Source: Nannocystis bainbridge
GTDB taxonomy: Bacteria > Myxococcota_A > Polyangia > Nannocystales > Nannocystaceae
Reading direction: 5' to 3'
Length of the DNA stretch: 64,000 nt
NCBI RefSeq assembly: GCF_028368995.1
Contig: NZ_JAQNDL010000001.1
Coordinates: forward strand, 2,720,001-2,784,000
Made by a program: the position numbers and the translations under genes. The stretch's first letter is position 1. Every line of letters begins with the position of its first letter. Under the pieces are notes generated by a model. That model was not told the DNA's origin. It did no database searches and worked only from the letters and a program-made list of their open reading frames with translations. Positions 1 through 9,768 of this stretch are shown one piece after another.

Positions 1-33
1 CCCCACGCGCCCGCAGCCGCACCGCGGACCGGT

Positions 34-795
34 TTATGCGCCTTCGAGCCGGAACTTGACCTCGGCCGTCGCCGGCTGAGGCCCTGGCACCGTCGCCTGC
101 TCGCGGCACAGCGTCCAGCCGTCGGCCCCGACCAGCAGCGCCGTCGACACGCGCGTGCCGTAGCCCGGCATGGCGATGCACAGCGGCGACAGGGCCCGCT
201 CGAGCTCGAGCCCGACGCCCGTGTCGGGCAACTCCGCGTCGGCCGCCGGGGTCGTATCGGCCAGCATCGCCGCGATCGCCGACGGACTCATCCCCTCGCC
301 CGCCAGCAACCCCGCCAGCCCCGCCTTGCCGCGCACCACCTTCGGCCATGGCGTATCGAGGGCCGCGTTGCTGAGCCCGTACAGGCCCGGGCCCAGGCGC
401 CGCCGCTCACCTGTCTTGTTGTTCATGTACCAAACGCCATCCCGGTCGCCGCACACCAGGTTGAACCCGGCGTAGCGCTCGCCGGCGATCGCCGCCACGT
501 ACTCCCCGGACCCCGCGCCCCCGCGCAGGTAGTCGGCCACCAGCGCCCCGCGCGAGACGACGCCCGCGCGCACGTCGGCCGGGTCGCGCACGTTCGTCAG
601 CGCCGCCCAGCGGCCCGCGCGGGTCACCCCGCACCACGTCCCGCCGGCCTGCAGGTCGCGCCCGGCGAACAGCTGCGGGGCCTCGCGCCACCACCCCGCC
701 GGCGCCGTCTCGCGGGCGTAGAACTCGTCGCGGTTGGCCGCCAGCACCAGCGGGTAGCGCGGGTGGACCCCCACCGCGAACAGCAGCGTGCACAT
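34..795 (-). CDS. NRDE/TANGO2 family protein
   Basis: N-terminal MC, ANRDEF motif, GGTW, SN..LDTPWPK and YGTR.ST; abuts the RND permease stop. Confidence 0.93.
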   Translation of the reverse strand: MCTLLFAVGVHPRYPLVLAANRDEFYARETAPAGWWREAPQLFAGRDLQAGGTWCGVTRAGRWAALTNVRDPADVRAGVVSRGALVADYLRGGAGSGEYVAAIAGERYAGFNLVCGDRDGVWYMNNKTGERRRLGPGLYGLSNAALDTPWPKVVRGKAGLAGLLAGEGMSPSAIAAMLADTTPAADAELPDTGVGLELERALSPLCIAMPGYGTRVSTALLVGADGWTLCREQATVPGPQPATAEVKFRLEGA

Positions 796-3700
796 TCAGC
801 CCTCGCCCTTCTGCCCGCGCAGCCGCCGGCTCAGCCGCGTCAGCGCGGTCCCGGCGTCATCGAACAGCGAGTACGCGACCGGCACGATCAGCAGCGTGAT
901 CAGCAGCGACAGCGCCTGCCCGCCGATGATCACCTTCGCCATCGACGCCCGCGAGGCCGCCCCTGGGCCCTTGCCGAGCGCGATCGGGATCATGCCGGCG
1001 ATCAGCGTGATCGTCGTCATCAAGATCGGCCGCAGGCGGGTCTTGTTGGCCTCGACGATCGCCACGTCGCGCGCCTCGCCGCGCGCGCGCAGCGTATTGG
1101 TGTAGTCGACCTGCAGGATCCCGTTCTTCTTGATGATCCCGAACAGCATGAACACGCCGAACGTCGAGTAGATGTTGAGCGTGTCGCCGAGCAGCATCAG
1201 CGACAGCAGCGCGAACGGCAGCGACAGCGGCAGCGACAGCATGATCGTCACCGGGTGCAGCAGGCTCTCGAACTGCGCCGCCAGGACCATGTACATGAAC
1301 AGGAACGACAGCGCGAGCGCCCCGAGGAAGCTCGTGATCGTCTCGCTCATCGTCTTGGCGCGGCCGCTGAACACCACCTCGTACTCGGGCGGCAGGTCGA
1401 GCGTGGCGACCATCGCCTTGACCCTGTCGACCGCGTCGCCGAGCGGCAGCCCGTCGAGGTTGGCCCCGATCTCGACCTGACGGATCCGCCCCAGCCGATC
1501 GATCTGCGCCGGCCCGCGCTCGCGCTCGAACTCCGCCAGCGCCTCGAGCCGGATCAGCCCTCCGCGCGCCTGCATCGGCAGCCCGCGCAGCGAGTCGAGG
1601 TCGCGCCGGTCCTCCGGCCGCAGGCGCAGCCACAGGTCGTACTGCTCGGCGCCCTCGCGGATCTTCGAGATCGGCTCGCCGCCGACCATCGTCCGCAGCG
1701 CCGCCGCGATCTCGCCGGCGCGGACCCCGAGGTCGGCCGCGCGGTCGCGGTCGATCTTGACCCGCACCTCCGGCTTGCGCACCGCCGCCGACGAGTCGAT
1801 GTCGACGAGGCCGGGGATCTCCCGCATCTTCGCCAGGATCGTCGCGGTGTACTCGCCGAGCTGGTCGAGGTCCGGCCCGCGCAGCGAGAAAGCCAGCTGC
1901 GTGTTGCGCCCGCCGCCGCCCATGCCGCCCAGGTCCTGCACGCTCGGGCGCAGGTCGGGGTACGGCCGCAGCGCCTCGCGGGCCTGCTTCTGCACCGCCA
2001 TCAGCGGGTAGTCGCGCTTCTCGATGTCGATGACCTGGACGTAGATCTGGACCTCGGTGACGTCGTCGCCGCCGCGGGCCGCGCCGATGCTGGTGAACAT
2101 CCGCTCGACCCCGCGGAGCTCGCGGAGGTGGCCCTCGATGCGCGCCGCCATCGCCGAGCTCGCCGCCAGGCTCGAGCCCTCGGGCATCGTCAGCACCACC
2201 ATGAACTCGCTGGTGTCGTCCTTGGGGATGAAGTCCTTGCCGATGCGCTGGCCCAGCGGCACCACCGTCGCCACCGTCGCCAGCGAGGCCGCCACCACCA
2301 GCCAGCGCCACTGCAGCGACCAGCGGACCAGCCAGGCGTAGCCGCGGTCGAGCCCGTCGTTGAGGCGCGCGACCAGGCTCGGCTTCGCGTTCGTCCTCGG
2401 CTTCGGCGGCTTCAGCAGGCGCGCGCACAGCATCGGCGTCAGCGTCAGCGACACGAACAGCGACACCGCGATCGAGAACGCCGTGGTGATGCCGAAGCTG
2501 CGCCAGAACCGGCCCACGCGGCCCTCCATGAACGCCGTCGGCAGGAAGATGACGATCAGCGAAAGCGTGGTGGCGAACACCGCCAGGGTGATCTCGCGGG
2601 TGCCCGCGATCGCGGCGGCCACCGGCGGCTCGCCGTGCTCGACCCGGCGGTACACGTTCTCGAGCACCACGATCGCGTCGTCGATGACGATGCCGACCGC
2701 CAGCGTCAGCGCCAGCAGGGTGAAGTTGTTGAGCGTGTAGTCGAGCGCGCGCAGGACCGCGAAGGTCGTGATGATCGAGCACGGGATCGCCAGCGCCGCG
2801 ATCAGGGTCGAGCGGATCGAGCCCATGAACAGCAGCACCGACACGCTGGCCAGCAGGGCCCCGAGGACCAGGTGGAGCTCGACCTCGTGGATCGAGCGGC
2901 GGATGAAGCGCGAGGCGTCGCGGATCGGCGTGACCTCGATGTCGGCCGGCAGGCCGCGCTGCAGCGTGCCGATGCGCTTGAAGATCGAGTCGACGACCTC
3001 GACGGTGTTGGTGCCGGCCTGCTTCTGGACCACCAGCGCGACCGCGTTCTCGCCGTCGAGCCGCGACAGCGAGCGCGGGTCCTCGGTGCTGTCCTCGACC
3101 TCGGCGATCTGCCCGAGCACCACCGGCGCGCCCTGCCGCTCGGCCACCACCAGCCGCCGCAGCTCGCGCGCGTCCTGCACGCGGGCCATCGTCCGCAGCA
3201 CCTCCTCGCGCCCCGAGCTCTCGAGCCGCCCGCCCGGCAGCTCGAGGTTCTGCTGCTCGATCGCCTGCCGCACCTGCTGGATCGACAGCCCCTGGGCCGC
3301 CAGCGCGTCGGCGTCGAGCAGCACGTTGAAGGCCCGCCGCTGGCCGCCGACCAGCTGGATCTGCCCGACCCCCGCGACCCCCTGCAGCGGCTCCAGCACC
3401 TGCTTGCGCGCCATCTCGGTGACCTCGCGCAGGTCGCGGCGGTCCGACGAGACCACCAGCGTGATCACCGGGATCGCCGTCGTGTCGAAGCGGGTGACCA
3501 CCGGCGGGTCTGTCCCTTCGGGCAGGTTCTTGAGCGCCGCCGCGACCTTGTCGCGCACGTCCTGGGTCGCCTGGTCGCGGTCGCGGTCGAGCAGGAAGTT
3601 GATCGTGACCACCGACACGCCCTCGAGCGACGTCGAGCGCAGCTCGTCGATGCCCTCGGCGGTGCTGACCGCGTCCTCGACGATCTTCGAGACCTGGGTC

Positions 3701-3879
3701 TCGATCTCCTCCGGGCTGGCCCCGCGCAGGGTGGTCGTCACCGTGACCACCGGGATCTCGACGTCCGGGAACTGGTCGACCCCGAGCGTGCGGAACGACA
3801 GCACCCCGAAGGTCACGCACGCGAGGATCAGCATCAGGGTGAAGACCGGCCGGCGGACGCAGATCTCCGACAGCGTCAC
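796..3879 (-). CDS. RND efflux transporter permease (AcrB/AcrD/AcrF family)
   Basis: 1027 aa, RRPVF N-terminus, GIVIDDAIVVLEN, KKNGIL and RLRPILMTT motifs. Confidence 0.96.
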   Translation of the reverse strand: MTLSEICVRRPVFTLMLILACVTFGVLSFRTLGVDQFPDVEIPVVTVTTTLRGASPEEIETQVSKIVEDAVSTAEGIDELRSTSLEGVSVVTINFLLDRDRDQATQDVRDKVAAALKNLPEGTDPPVVTRFDTTAIPVITLVVSSDRRDLREVTEMARKQVLEPLQGVAGVGQIQLVGGQRRAFNVLLDADALAAQGLSIQQVRQAIEQQNLELPGGRLESSGREEVLRTMARVQDARELRRLVVAERQGAPVVLGQIAEVEDSTEDPRSLSRLDGENAVALVVQKQAGTNTVEVVDSIFKRIGTLQRGLPADIEVTPIRDASRFIRRSIHEVELHLVLGALLASVSVLLFMGSIRSTLIAALAIPCSIITTFAVLRALDYTLNNFTLLALTLAVGIVIDDAIVVLENVYRRVEHGEPPVAAAIAGTREITLAVFATTLSLIVIFLPTAFMEGRVGRFWRSFGITTAFSIAVSLFVSLTLTPMLCARLLKPPKPRTNAKPSLVARLNDGLDRGYAWLVRWSLQWRWLVVAASLATVATVVPLGQRIGKDFIPKDDTSEFMVVLTMPEGSSLAASSAMAARIEGHLRELRGVERMFTSIGAARGGDDVTEVQIYVQVIDIEKRDYPLMAVQKQAREALRPYPDLRPSVQDLGGMGGGGRNTQLAFSLRGPDLDQLGEYTATILAKMREIPGLVDIDSSAAVRKPEVRVKIDRDRAADLGVRAGEIAAALRTMVGGEPISKIREGAEQYDLWLRLRPEDRRDLDSLRGLPMQARGGLIRLEALAEFERERGPAQIDRLGRIRQVEIGANLDGLPLGDAVDRVKAMVATLDLPPEYEVVFSGRAKTMSETITSFLGALALSFLFMYMVLAAQFESLLHPVTIMLSLPLSLPFALLSLMLLGDTLNIYSTFGVFMLFGIIKKNGILQVDYTNTLRARGEARDVAIVEANKTRLRPILMTTITLIAGMIPIALGKGPGAASRASMAKVIIGGQALSLLITLLIVPVAYSLFDDAGTALTRLSRRLRGQKGEG

Positions 3880-5117
3880 GGCGCCTTCCCCTTCTCACCT
3901 GCCCCTGCGGGCATGTCCTTCGCGACAGGCACCGCCGCCGGCCCCGCGGCCTTCGTCTCCGCGCTTTTCTCGGCTGCCCCTGGGGGCATGTCCTTCGCGC
4001 CCTGTCCCTCGGGACCTGTCGCTGCGGGCATGTCCTTCATCGCGCTCGGGGCCACCGGCGTGCCCGGGGCGATCGTCGCCGGCCCGCGCACGATCACCGA
4101 CGCGCCCGGCGCCAGCCCGAGCACGATCGCGTCGCCGCCGTCCTCGGCGATCAGGTCGACGTCGTGCGCCACCGCGACCCCGTCCTCGACCCGCATCACC
4201 CGGTCGCGGCCGAGCACGTGGAACACGGCCGCCCGCGGCACGCGCACGCTGCCCGGCTCTTGCCCGAGCGACAGCGTCGCCACCGTGAACATGCCCGGGC
4301 GCAGCACGCTGCCCGCCGGCGAGAACACCGCCTCGACCGTGAACGTGCGCGTCGTCGGCGACACCACCGGCGACACCCGCGTGACCGCGGCCTGGGCCGC
4401 GCCGGAGCCCTCGGCGATCTTCGCCCCGGCCTCGCCGGGCTCGCCGACCAGCGAGTCCTTGAGCGTGATCGTCGCCGGCGTGCCGACCTGGACCAGCGCC
4501 GCGTAGCGCTCGGGCACCTCGACGGTGAGCCGCAGGCGATCGTCGGCGACCAGGTCGAACAGCGCCGTGCCCGGCTTCACGTAGGTCCCCGGGGCCACGT
4601 GGCGGGCCGCGATCGCCCCGGCGAACGGCGCCCGCACGGTCGTATCGCCGAGCTGCCGCGACGCCTGCGAGCGCTGCGCCCTGGCCCCCGCCAGCCGCGT
4701 CCGCGCCCGCTCGAGCTCCTCCTGCGTCGCCACCCCGCCGAGGCTCTCGAGCCGCTTCACGTCGCTGTCCGCCTGCGCCAGCGAGGCCTCGACCTCCGAC
4801 ACCCGCGCGCGGTAGTCGATCGGCCGGATCGCCGCCAGCTCTTGCTCGCGGACCACGCGATCGCCGAGGTCGACCTTCACCTCCGTGATCGGCCCCTCGA
4901 CCCGCGCCGCCACCTGCACCTTCTCGAGCGCCGCCAACGTGCCCGAGAGCGTCAAAATTCGCGGATGCGGCGCGGCCCGGGCCTCCGCCACCTCGACCGC
5001 CCGCGGCTGCGGCCCGGAGGCCGTCTTGCCGGCGTCGGCCGGCGCGCTCGTGCACGCGGCGGCCAGCACGGCTGCGAGCAGGACGACGCGCGCGGGGGCG
5101 AGCGGCACGGCCCTCAC
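3876..5117 (-). CDS. RND periplasmic adaptor (membrane fusion) lipoprotein
   Basis: Lipobox LAAAC, V.ARVEG..GDRV, RAPFAG.I, LRPGMF; true start probably GTG at 5108 or 5117, not the long ORF start; overlaps the permease start by 4 nt. Confidence 0.9.
   Translation of the reverse strand: MRAVPLAPARVVLLAAVLAAACTSAPADAGKTASGPQPRAVEVAEARAAPHPRILTLSGTLAALEKVQVAARVEGPITEVKVDLGDRVVREQELAAIRPIDYRARVSEVEASLAQADSDVKRLESLGGVATQEELERARTRLAGARAQRSQASRQLGDTTVRAPFAGAIAARHVAPGTYVKPGTALFDLVADDRLRLTVEVPERYAALVQVGTPATITLKDSLVGEPGEAGAKIAEGSGAAQAAVTRVSPVVSPTTRTFTVEAVFSPAGSVLRPGMFTVATLSLGQEPGSVRVPRAAVFHVLGRDRVMRVEDGVAVAHDVDLIAEDGGDAIVLGLAPGASVIVRGPATIAPGTPVAPSAMKDMPAATGPEGQGAKDMPPGAAEKSAETKAAGPAAVPVAKDMPAGAGEKGKAP
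3970..4035. repeat. 14-bp periodic palindrome array inside the adaptor C-terminal tail (second cluster at 3895-3932)
   Basis: CATG/CCTG cores at 3987, 4001, 4015, 4029 and at 3898, 3912, 3926; encodes KDMP three times. Confidence 0.8.
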
Positions 5118-5468
5118 ACTGTCCCGCGGCGCCGCCGCGGTCAAGCGGGAGCCGCCCCTGCGACCACGCGCACCGCCCCGATCGGCGCGACGTCGCGTCC
5201 GCCGCGCTCCGGCCTCATCCGTCGCCGCCACCGACGAACGACAAGTCGCGACGCTCGGCGAGTCGGACGCGAGCCCACGATCCGTCCGAGTCAGCACGCG
5301 CGACGACCATCCTCGCGACAGCCGCCGAGGCCTGTCCTGGCCGTGGGTACCTTCCACTTCGGGACGAAAAATAGCGCCGCTGCGGCGAGCCAGCGCGAGC
5401 GAGCGATCCGTCCCGGCCATGCGCGGCGACCATCCTCGTGATGAGCGCCGAGGTCTATGCTCGCGGCG

Positions 5469-6044
5469 ATGCCCCGCCTCCTCGTCGTCCCGCGCTGGGC
5501 CGGGACCCCGCGCTCCGACTTCTACCCGTGGCTCGTCGAGGCCCTCGCGTCCGCGCCCGGGCGACCGCTCGACCCCGTGATCGTCGCCGACCTGCCGAAC
5601 CCCGGCAGCCCGCGCCTCGACACCTGGCCGCCGGCGATCGCCGGGCTGCTCGGCGACGACCCGGCTGTCCTTCGGGACACCTTCGTCCTCGGCCACAGCG
5701 TCGGCTGCCAGGCCGCCCTGCACGCCCTCGCCGCCCTGCCGGCCGGGTCGCAGATCGCCGGCATGCTCGCGGTCGCCGGCTGGTGGACCGTCGACGAGCC
5801 GTGGCCGGCGATCCGCCCCTGGCAGAACAACCTCCCCGAGCTCGAGCGCGTGCGCGCGGCGGTGCCGAGGTTGACCGTCCTCCTGTCCGACAACGACGGC
5901 TTCACCCGCGACCACGCGAGCAACGCCGCGCTGTGGCGCGAGCGCCTCGGCGCGCAGATCGAGCTCGCCCCGGGCGCCCGCCACTTTAATTCCATCGAGG
6001 CGCCGCCCGTGCTCGCCGCCCTGCTGCGCCTCGTGGCCGCCTGA
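5469..6044 (+). CDS. RBBP9/YdeN-like alpha/beta hydrolase
   Basis: GHSVG nucleophile elbow, SDND acid, C-terminal GARHFN. Confidence 0.88.
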   Translation: MPRLLVVPRWAGTPRSDFYPWLVEALASAPGRPLDPVIVADLPNPGSPRLDTWPPAIAGLLGDDPAVLRDTFVLGHSVGCQAALHALAALPAGSQIAGMLAVAGWWTVDEPWPAIRPWQNNLPELERVRAAVPRLTVLLSDNDGFTRDHASNAALWRERLGAQIELAPGARHFNSIEAPPVLAALLRLVAA

Positions 6045-6069
6045 TTCTTTTTAAGAATGACGCCTCATG

Positions 6070-6225
6070 AGACATGCCTCATAGGACATGTCCTTTGGTA
6101 CACACGAATCATGCGCCTTGTCGCTCACCGACGCGCCTGCTGCTACCCGTGGCCACGACCCCCCTACGCGGCCGGGGCACGGATCTGCGCGGCGCTCCGC
6201 CGTCCATGTCCCTTCGGACATGTCA
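6070..6225. repeat. Two short 14-bp-period palindrome clusters
   Basis: CATG at 6073/6087 and 6205/6219. Confidence 0.7.
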
Positions 6226-6284
6226 TTCTCGTACGGGGGCGCCGGAGCTTGACGCGCCGGTCGGCCTCGCGGGATACCCGGCCC

Positions 6285-7844
6285 ATGGCTTCTCCCCGCC
6301 TTGTTCCCCTGCTCCTGGTCGTCGCGGCCGCCTGCGGTGACGACGGCACGGCCAGCGCCGGCGCCTCCGACTCCGACTCCGGCGCCACCACGACCGGCAC
6401 GCCCACCGGCACCACCGGCCCTGGCGCCACCGACACCGTGGTCCCGACCACCGGGGACGCCGGCTCGGACAGCGCCTCCGACAGCGAGACCGGTGCTTCG
6501 ACCACCACCGGCACCAGCGAAGCCACGGCCGTCAGCGCCTCCGAGGCGAGCGCGACCGAGACCACCGCGAGCACCGTCACCGACGGCACCACCGACACCA
6601 CCGACACCACCACCAGCACCACCGACATCGACACCACCGGCTGCGTCGACGCCTGCGAGGACGGCGTCACCCAGTGCGTCGGCGACGGCGCCGTGCACAC
6701 CTGCAGCCTCGCTCGCGGCGGCTGCCTGGAGTGGTCCGATCCCCAGCCGTGCGCCGCCGACGAGACCTGTCAGGACGGCGCCTGCGTGACCGGCTGCGTC
6801 GACGCTTGCGACGCGGGAGCCAGCCAGTGCAGCGGCGGCGGCATCAGCGAGTGCGTCGACGACCCGGACACCGGGTGCACCGTGTGGAGCGACGCGGCCG
6901 CCTGCGGCCCCGGCCAGGTGTGCCAGCAGGGCGCGTGCGTCATGCCGGCCCCGGCCTGCCTCGACGACTGCGTCTTCACCAAGCAGAGCGTGCCCGGAGC
7001 CGTCGATTTTTACAGCGTGTGGGGCAGCGACGCCAAGGACGTGTGGGTCGTCGGCGCCAGCGGCACCGCCCTGCACCACAACGGCGTCAATTGGAAATCG
7101 ATCGACAGCGGCGTCGGCAAGCGGCTCGAGTGCGTGCACGGCAGCGCCGCTCATGACGTGTACGCGATCGCGGCCGACGGCGCGATCATCCGCTGGGACG
7201 GCCTCGAGTGGCTGCCCTACGCCGACCTCAACCCGATCTGGGAGTCCTCCGCCTGCCTTTCGGTGCTCGGCGAGGAGGACCTGCTCGCCCTCGTCTACGA
7301 CGAGAACGGCGAGAAGCAGGTGCTCTATCGCGTCACCGGCGGGGTCAAGACCCAGCTCGCCGTCTACACCCCGCAGGCCGTCTACACCCCCGACGGCAGC
7401 AAGGCGCGCACGATCTCGATCCACGCCTTCTCGGCCGACGACGCCTACATCACGGCCGATCGGGCCCTGCGCTGGAACGGCGCCGCCATCACCAACATGG
7501 CCTCGCCCAACCCCTCGTTCGGCCTGTGGGTCCTGAGCCCGCAGCTCGCCTACGCCGCCGCCCCGCACAGCGGCATCGGCCACCGCTGGGACGGCCAGGC
7601 GTGGAAGATCGTCAACCCCGGCCACAGCGGCTACCTCCACATGTTCACCGGCACCGCCGCCGCGCGCGTGTTCGCCGTCGGCGAGACGCTCACCGGCGTG
7701 GCCGCGGTCGTCGCCTTCGACGGCATCGGCTGGGGCCCCGTCGCCACCCCTGCCGACGCCAAGGCGCTGTTCGCTGCATGGTCCGCGCCGACCGGCGAGG
7801 TGTTCGCCGCGGGCAAGGCCGGCACCGTGCTGATCGGCCAATGA
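6285..7844 (+). CDS. Lipoprotein with Thr-rich linker, Cys-rich repeats and beta-propeller-like C-terminal repeats
   Basis: Lipobox VAAAC, S/T/D linker, two CVDAC repeats, VWGS..DVWVVG-type repeats. Confidence 0.8.
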   Translation: MASPRLVPLLLVVAAACGDDGTASAGASDSDSGATTTGTPTGTTGPGATDTVVPTTGDAGSDSASDSETGASTTTGTSEATAVSASEASATETTASTVTDGTTDTTDTTTSTTDIDTTGCVDACEDGVTQCVGDGAVHTCSLARGGCLEWSDPQPCAADETCQDGACVTGCVDACDAGASQCSGGGISECVDDPDTGCTVWSDAAACGPGQVCQQGACVMPAPACLDDCVFTKQSVPGAVDFYSVWGSDAKDVWVVGASGTALHHNGVNWKSIDSGVGKRLECVHGSAAHDVYAIAADGAIIRWDGLEWLPYADLNPIWESSACLSVLGEEDLLALVYDENGEKQVLYRVTGGVKTQLAVYTPQAVYTPDGSKARTISIHAFSADDAYITADRALRWNGAAITNMASPNPSFGLWVLSPQLAYAAAPHSGIGHRWDGQAWKIVNPGHSGYLHMFTGTAAARVFAVGETLTGVAAVVAFDGIGWGPVATPADAKALFAAWSAPTGEVFAAGKAGTVLIGQ

Positions 7845-8803
7845 TTCCCTCGCCGTCCATCGCCTGTCGCATGATTCGCCCACCCATCATGGCACCGCGC
7901 GCCTCCTGCCTCGCACCTCGGCGTTCGTCCCCGATCGTCGGCGTCCTGCTCGCGGCCGTCCTGTTGCACATCCTCGCCCCGCGCCCCGCGGCGGCCTGCA
8001 GCAAGCGCCATCAGACCCCGTTCGAGCTGTTCGACCAGGCCGCGCGGGTCGCCGAGGTTCGCGTCGAGCAGACCCCCGGGCCGCGTCAGGCCGGCATGGC
8101 CCGGCTCCGCGTGCTGCGGACCCTCAAGGGCTCGCCGCGCGCCACCCTCGAGGCCGAGGAGACCAACACCAGCTGCCGGATCGGCTACCGCGCCGGCCGC
8201 CGCGCCCTCGTGTTCCTCGGCCCGCGCGGCCAGTCGTTCGGCCTCTACGAGGGTTATCTCGAGGCTCGCGCCGACTCCCCGCAGCTCCGCGCGCTGCGGG
8301 CCTACGCCGCCGCCAACGACCCCGCGGCCCGCGTGCGCGTCCTCGTCGACGCCATCGCCGAGGGCCCCCAGGACCTGCGAGACGAGGCCGCCCTCTACCT
8401 CGCCGATCGCCCCGAGCTGCTGGCCCACCTCGACCTGCCTGCGCGCGCGCGCCTGCTCGCCGCCGCCGACGCGCGTGACCAGCCGCTGTACCTCGTGCTC
8501 GCGCGGCTCGAGCTCGAGGTCCCGCAGCCGCCGCCGAGCCACGGCCGTAATTACTTCGCCGAGCTCGCCGCTCTCGTGCGCCCGCGCGACGAGCTCGACG
8601 ACCTCGGCGCCGCCGCCCTCGCCGACCAGATCGACCTCGGCAACGACGGCTACGACCCGCGGCGGATCCGCGCCATGGACCGCTGCGAGCGGCTCCACGG
8701 GCGCACGCTCCACCCGCTCACCTGGTACGGCCACGGCGTCGCCAGCCACTTCTGGCCCAAGCTCGCCGCCGCCTGCCGCACCGGCGAGCCGGTCACTTTC
8801 TAA
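7841..8803 (+). CDS. Secreted hypothetical protein with TIMP/NTR-like N-terminal domain
   Basis: Signal peptide ending AAA-CS, V.RTLKG and TSC..GY..G...LVF pattern; ATGA overlap with the upstream gene. Confidence 0.6.
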   Translation: MIPSPSIACRMIRPPIMAPRASCLAPRRSSPIVGVLLAAVLLHILAPRPAAACSKRHQTPFELFDQAARVAEVRVEQTPGPRQAGMARLRVLRTLKGSPRATLEAEETNTSCRIGYRAGRRALVFLGPRGQSFGLYEGYLEARADSPQLRALRAYAAANDPAARVRVLVDAIAEGPQDLRDEAALYLADRPELLAHLDLPARARLLAAADARDQPLYLVLARLELEVPQPPPSHGRNYFAELAALVRPRDELDDLGAAALADQIDLGNDGYDPRRIRAMDRCERLHGRTLHPLTWYGHGVASHFWPKLAAACRTGEPVTF

Positions 8804-8810
8804 AAGAAGA

Positions 8811-8843
8811 AGTCCTTCGGGACATGCCCTTTCGCGCATGTCC
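8811..8843. repeat. 14-bp periodic palindrome cluster between convergent genes
   Basis: AGTCC-TTCG-GGACA, TGCCC-TTTC-GCGCA, TGTCC; CATG at 8823 and 8837. Confidence 0.75.
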
Positions 8844-8856
8844 CGAAGTACGCAAA

Positions 8857-9549
8857 TTATTCGGCAGGGCCCATGTCCTCGACGCCGCCCGGGTACACGA
8901 ACGAGTCGCGCGGCGAGTAGAAGCTCGCCGCCGGCAGCACCTGCAGCGGCGACGCCGGGCGCAGCGCGTAGACCGGGTGGGTCTTGTCGAGGAACTCGAT
9001 CGACTGGACCACGAACTCGTCGACCAGCTCGCCGATGTACGGGTAGTTGCCGCCGACCAGGCGGTCGCCGATGCGAGTGACGTACTTGAGGTGCCCGGCC
9101 ACCGTCGTGCCGATCTTCTTGCTGACCTTGGCCCGCGTGCGGATCAGCGGCTTGCCGGCGATCGAAGTCGTGGCCGTCAGCGTGTGCGCGTGCAGCTCGA
9201 GCTCGGTGCTGCCCGGGCTGGCCGGCACCCCGCGCTCGCTGACGTAGGCGCGCACGATCGACGACGAGTTGAAGTAATGGGTGAAGAACCGGGCCGGCGT
9301 GACCCCGTCGGGCGCGAACGAGTCGAGGTCGAGCCCGAGGTAGGTCAGCGTGTAAGCGCCGAAGTTGACCGACTGCTCGGCCGAATCGACGACGTATTGA
9401 TTCATGTACACGGCGCCGTTCGGGGCGGGACGCAGGGCGGGCGGCAAGAGGTCGCGGCACGCACCAGGATCGGCGGGGATCCAGCTGGTATAGAGCATCC
9501 GGCTGTTGACGACGAGCTGCGGCGCGGCGAGCTTCGGGAGTTCGGACAT
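8857..9549 (-). CDS. Acetoacetate decarboxylase-like fold protein
   Basis: About 230 aa, beta-rich, DP...RDLLPP.LRP and FGAY motifs; GC-rich third codon positions. Confidence 0.55.
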   Translation of the reverse strand: MSELPKLAAPQLVVNSRMLYTSWIPADPGACRDLLPPALRPAPNGAVYMNQYVVDSAEQSVNFGAYTLTYLGLDLDSFAPDGVTPARFFTHYFNSSSIVRAYVSERGVPASPGSTELELHAHTLTATTSIAGKPLIRTRAKVSKKIGTTVAGHLKYVTRIGDRLVGGNYPYIGELVDEFVVQSIEFLDKTHPVYALRPASPLQVLPAASFYSPRDSFVYPGGVEDMGPAE

Positions 9550-9768
9550 GGTGGCCCTCTCTGCTCGCGCTAAACCACAATCCGCGAGCATCGCCAGCTT
9601 AGGCAGTCGGCGCCGCGGTGAAAAGTGCCGCCGCCGCGCGCGGCCCCGCCCGCGCGGGACGACAGGCCACGGTCATGGCATTGGCCCGGGCGCGGAACGG
9701 CGGTCACGCGCCGTTCATGAGCCCAGGACGCCAATTTGACGGACTGCGGTCCGAAGACCGCAATCGCC

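Noticed and set aside
763-4506. Very long antisense or alternative-frame ORFs (1247 aa here, many others)
   Set aside because: Arg/Ala/Pro-rich shadow ORFs typical of high-GC DNA opposite well-supported genes.
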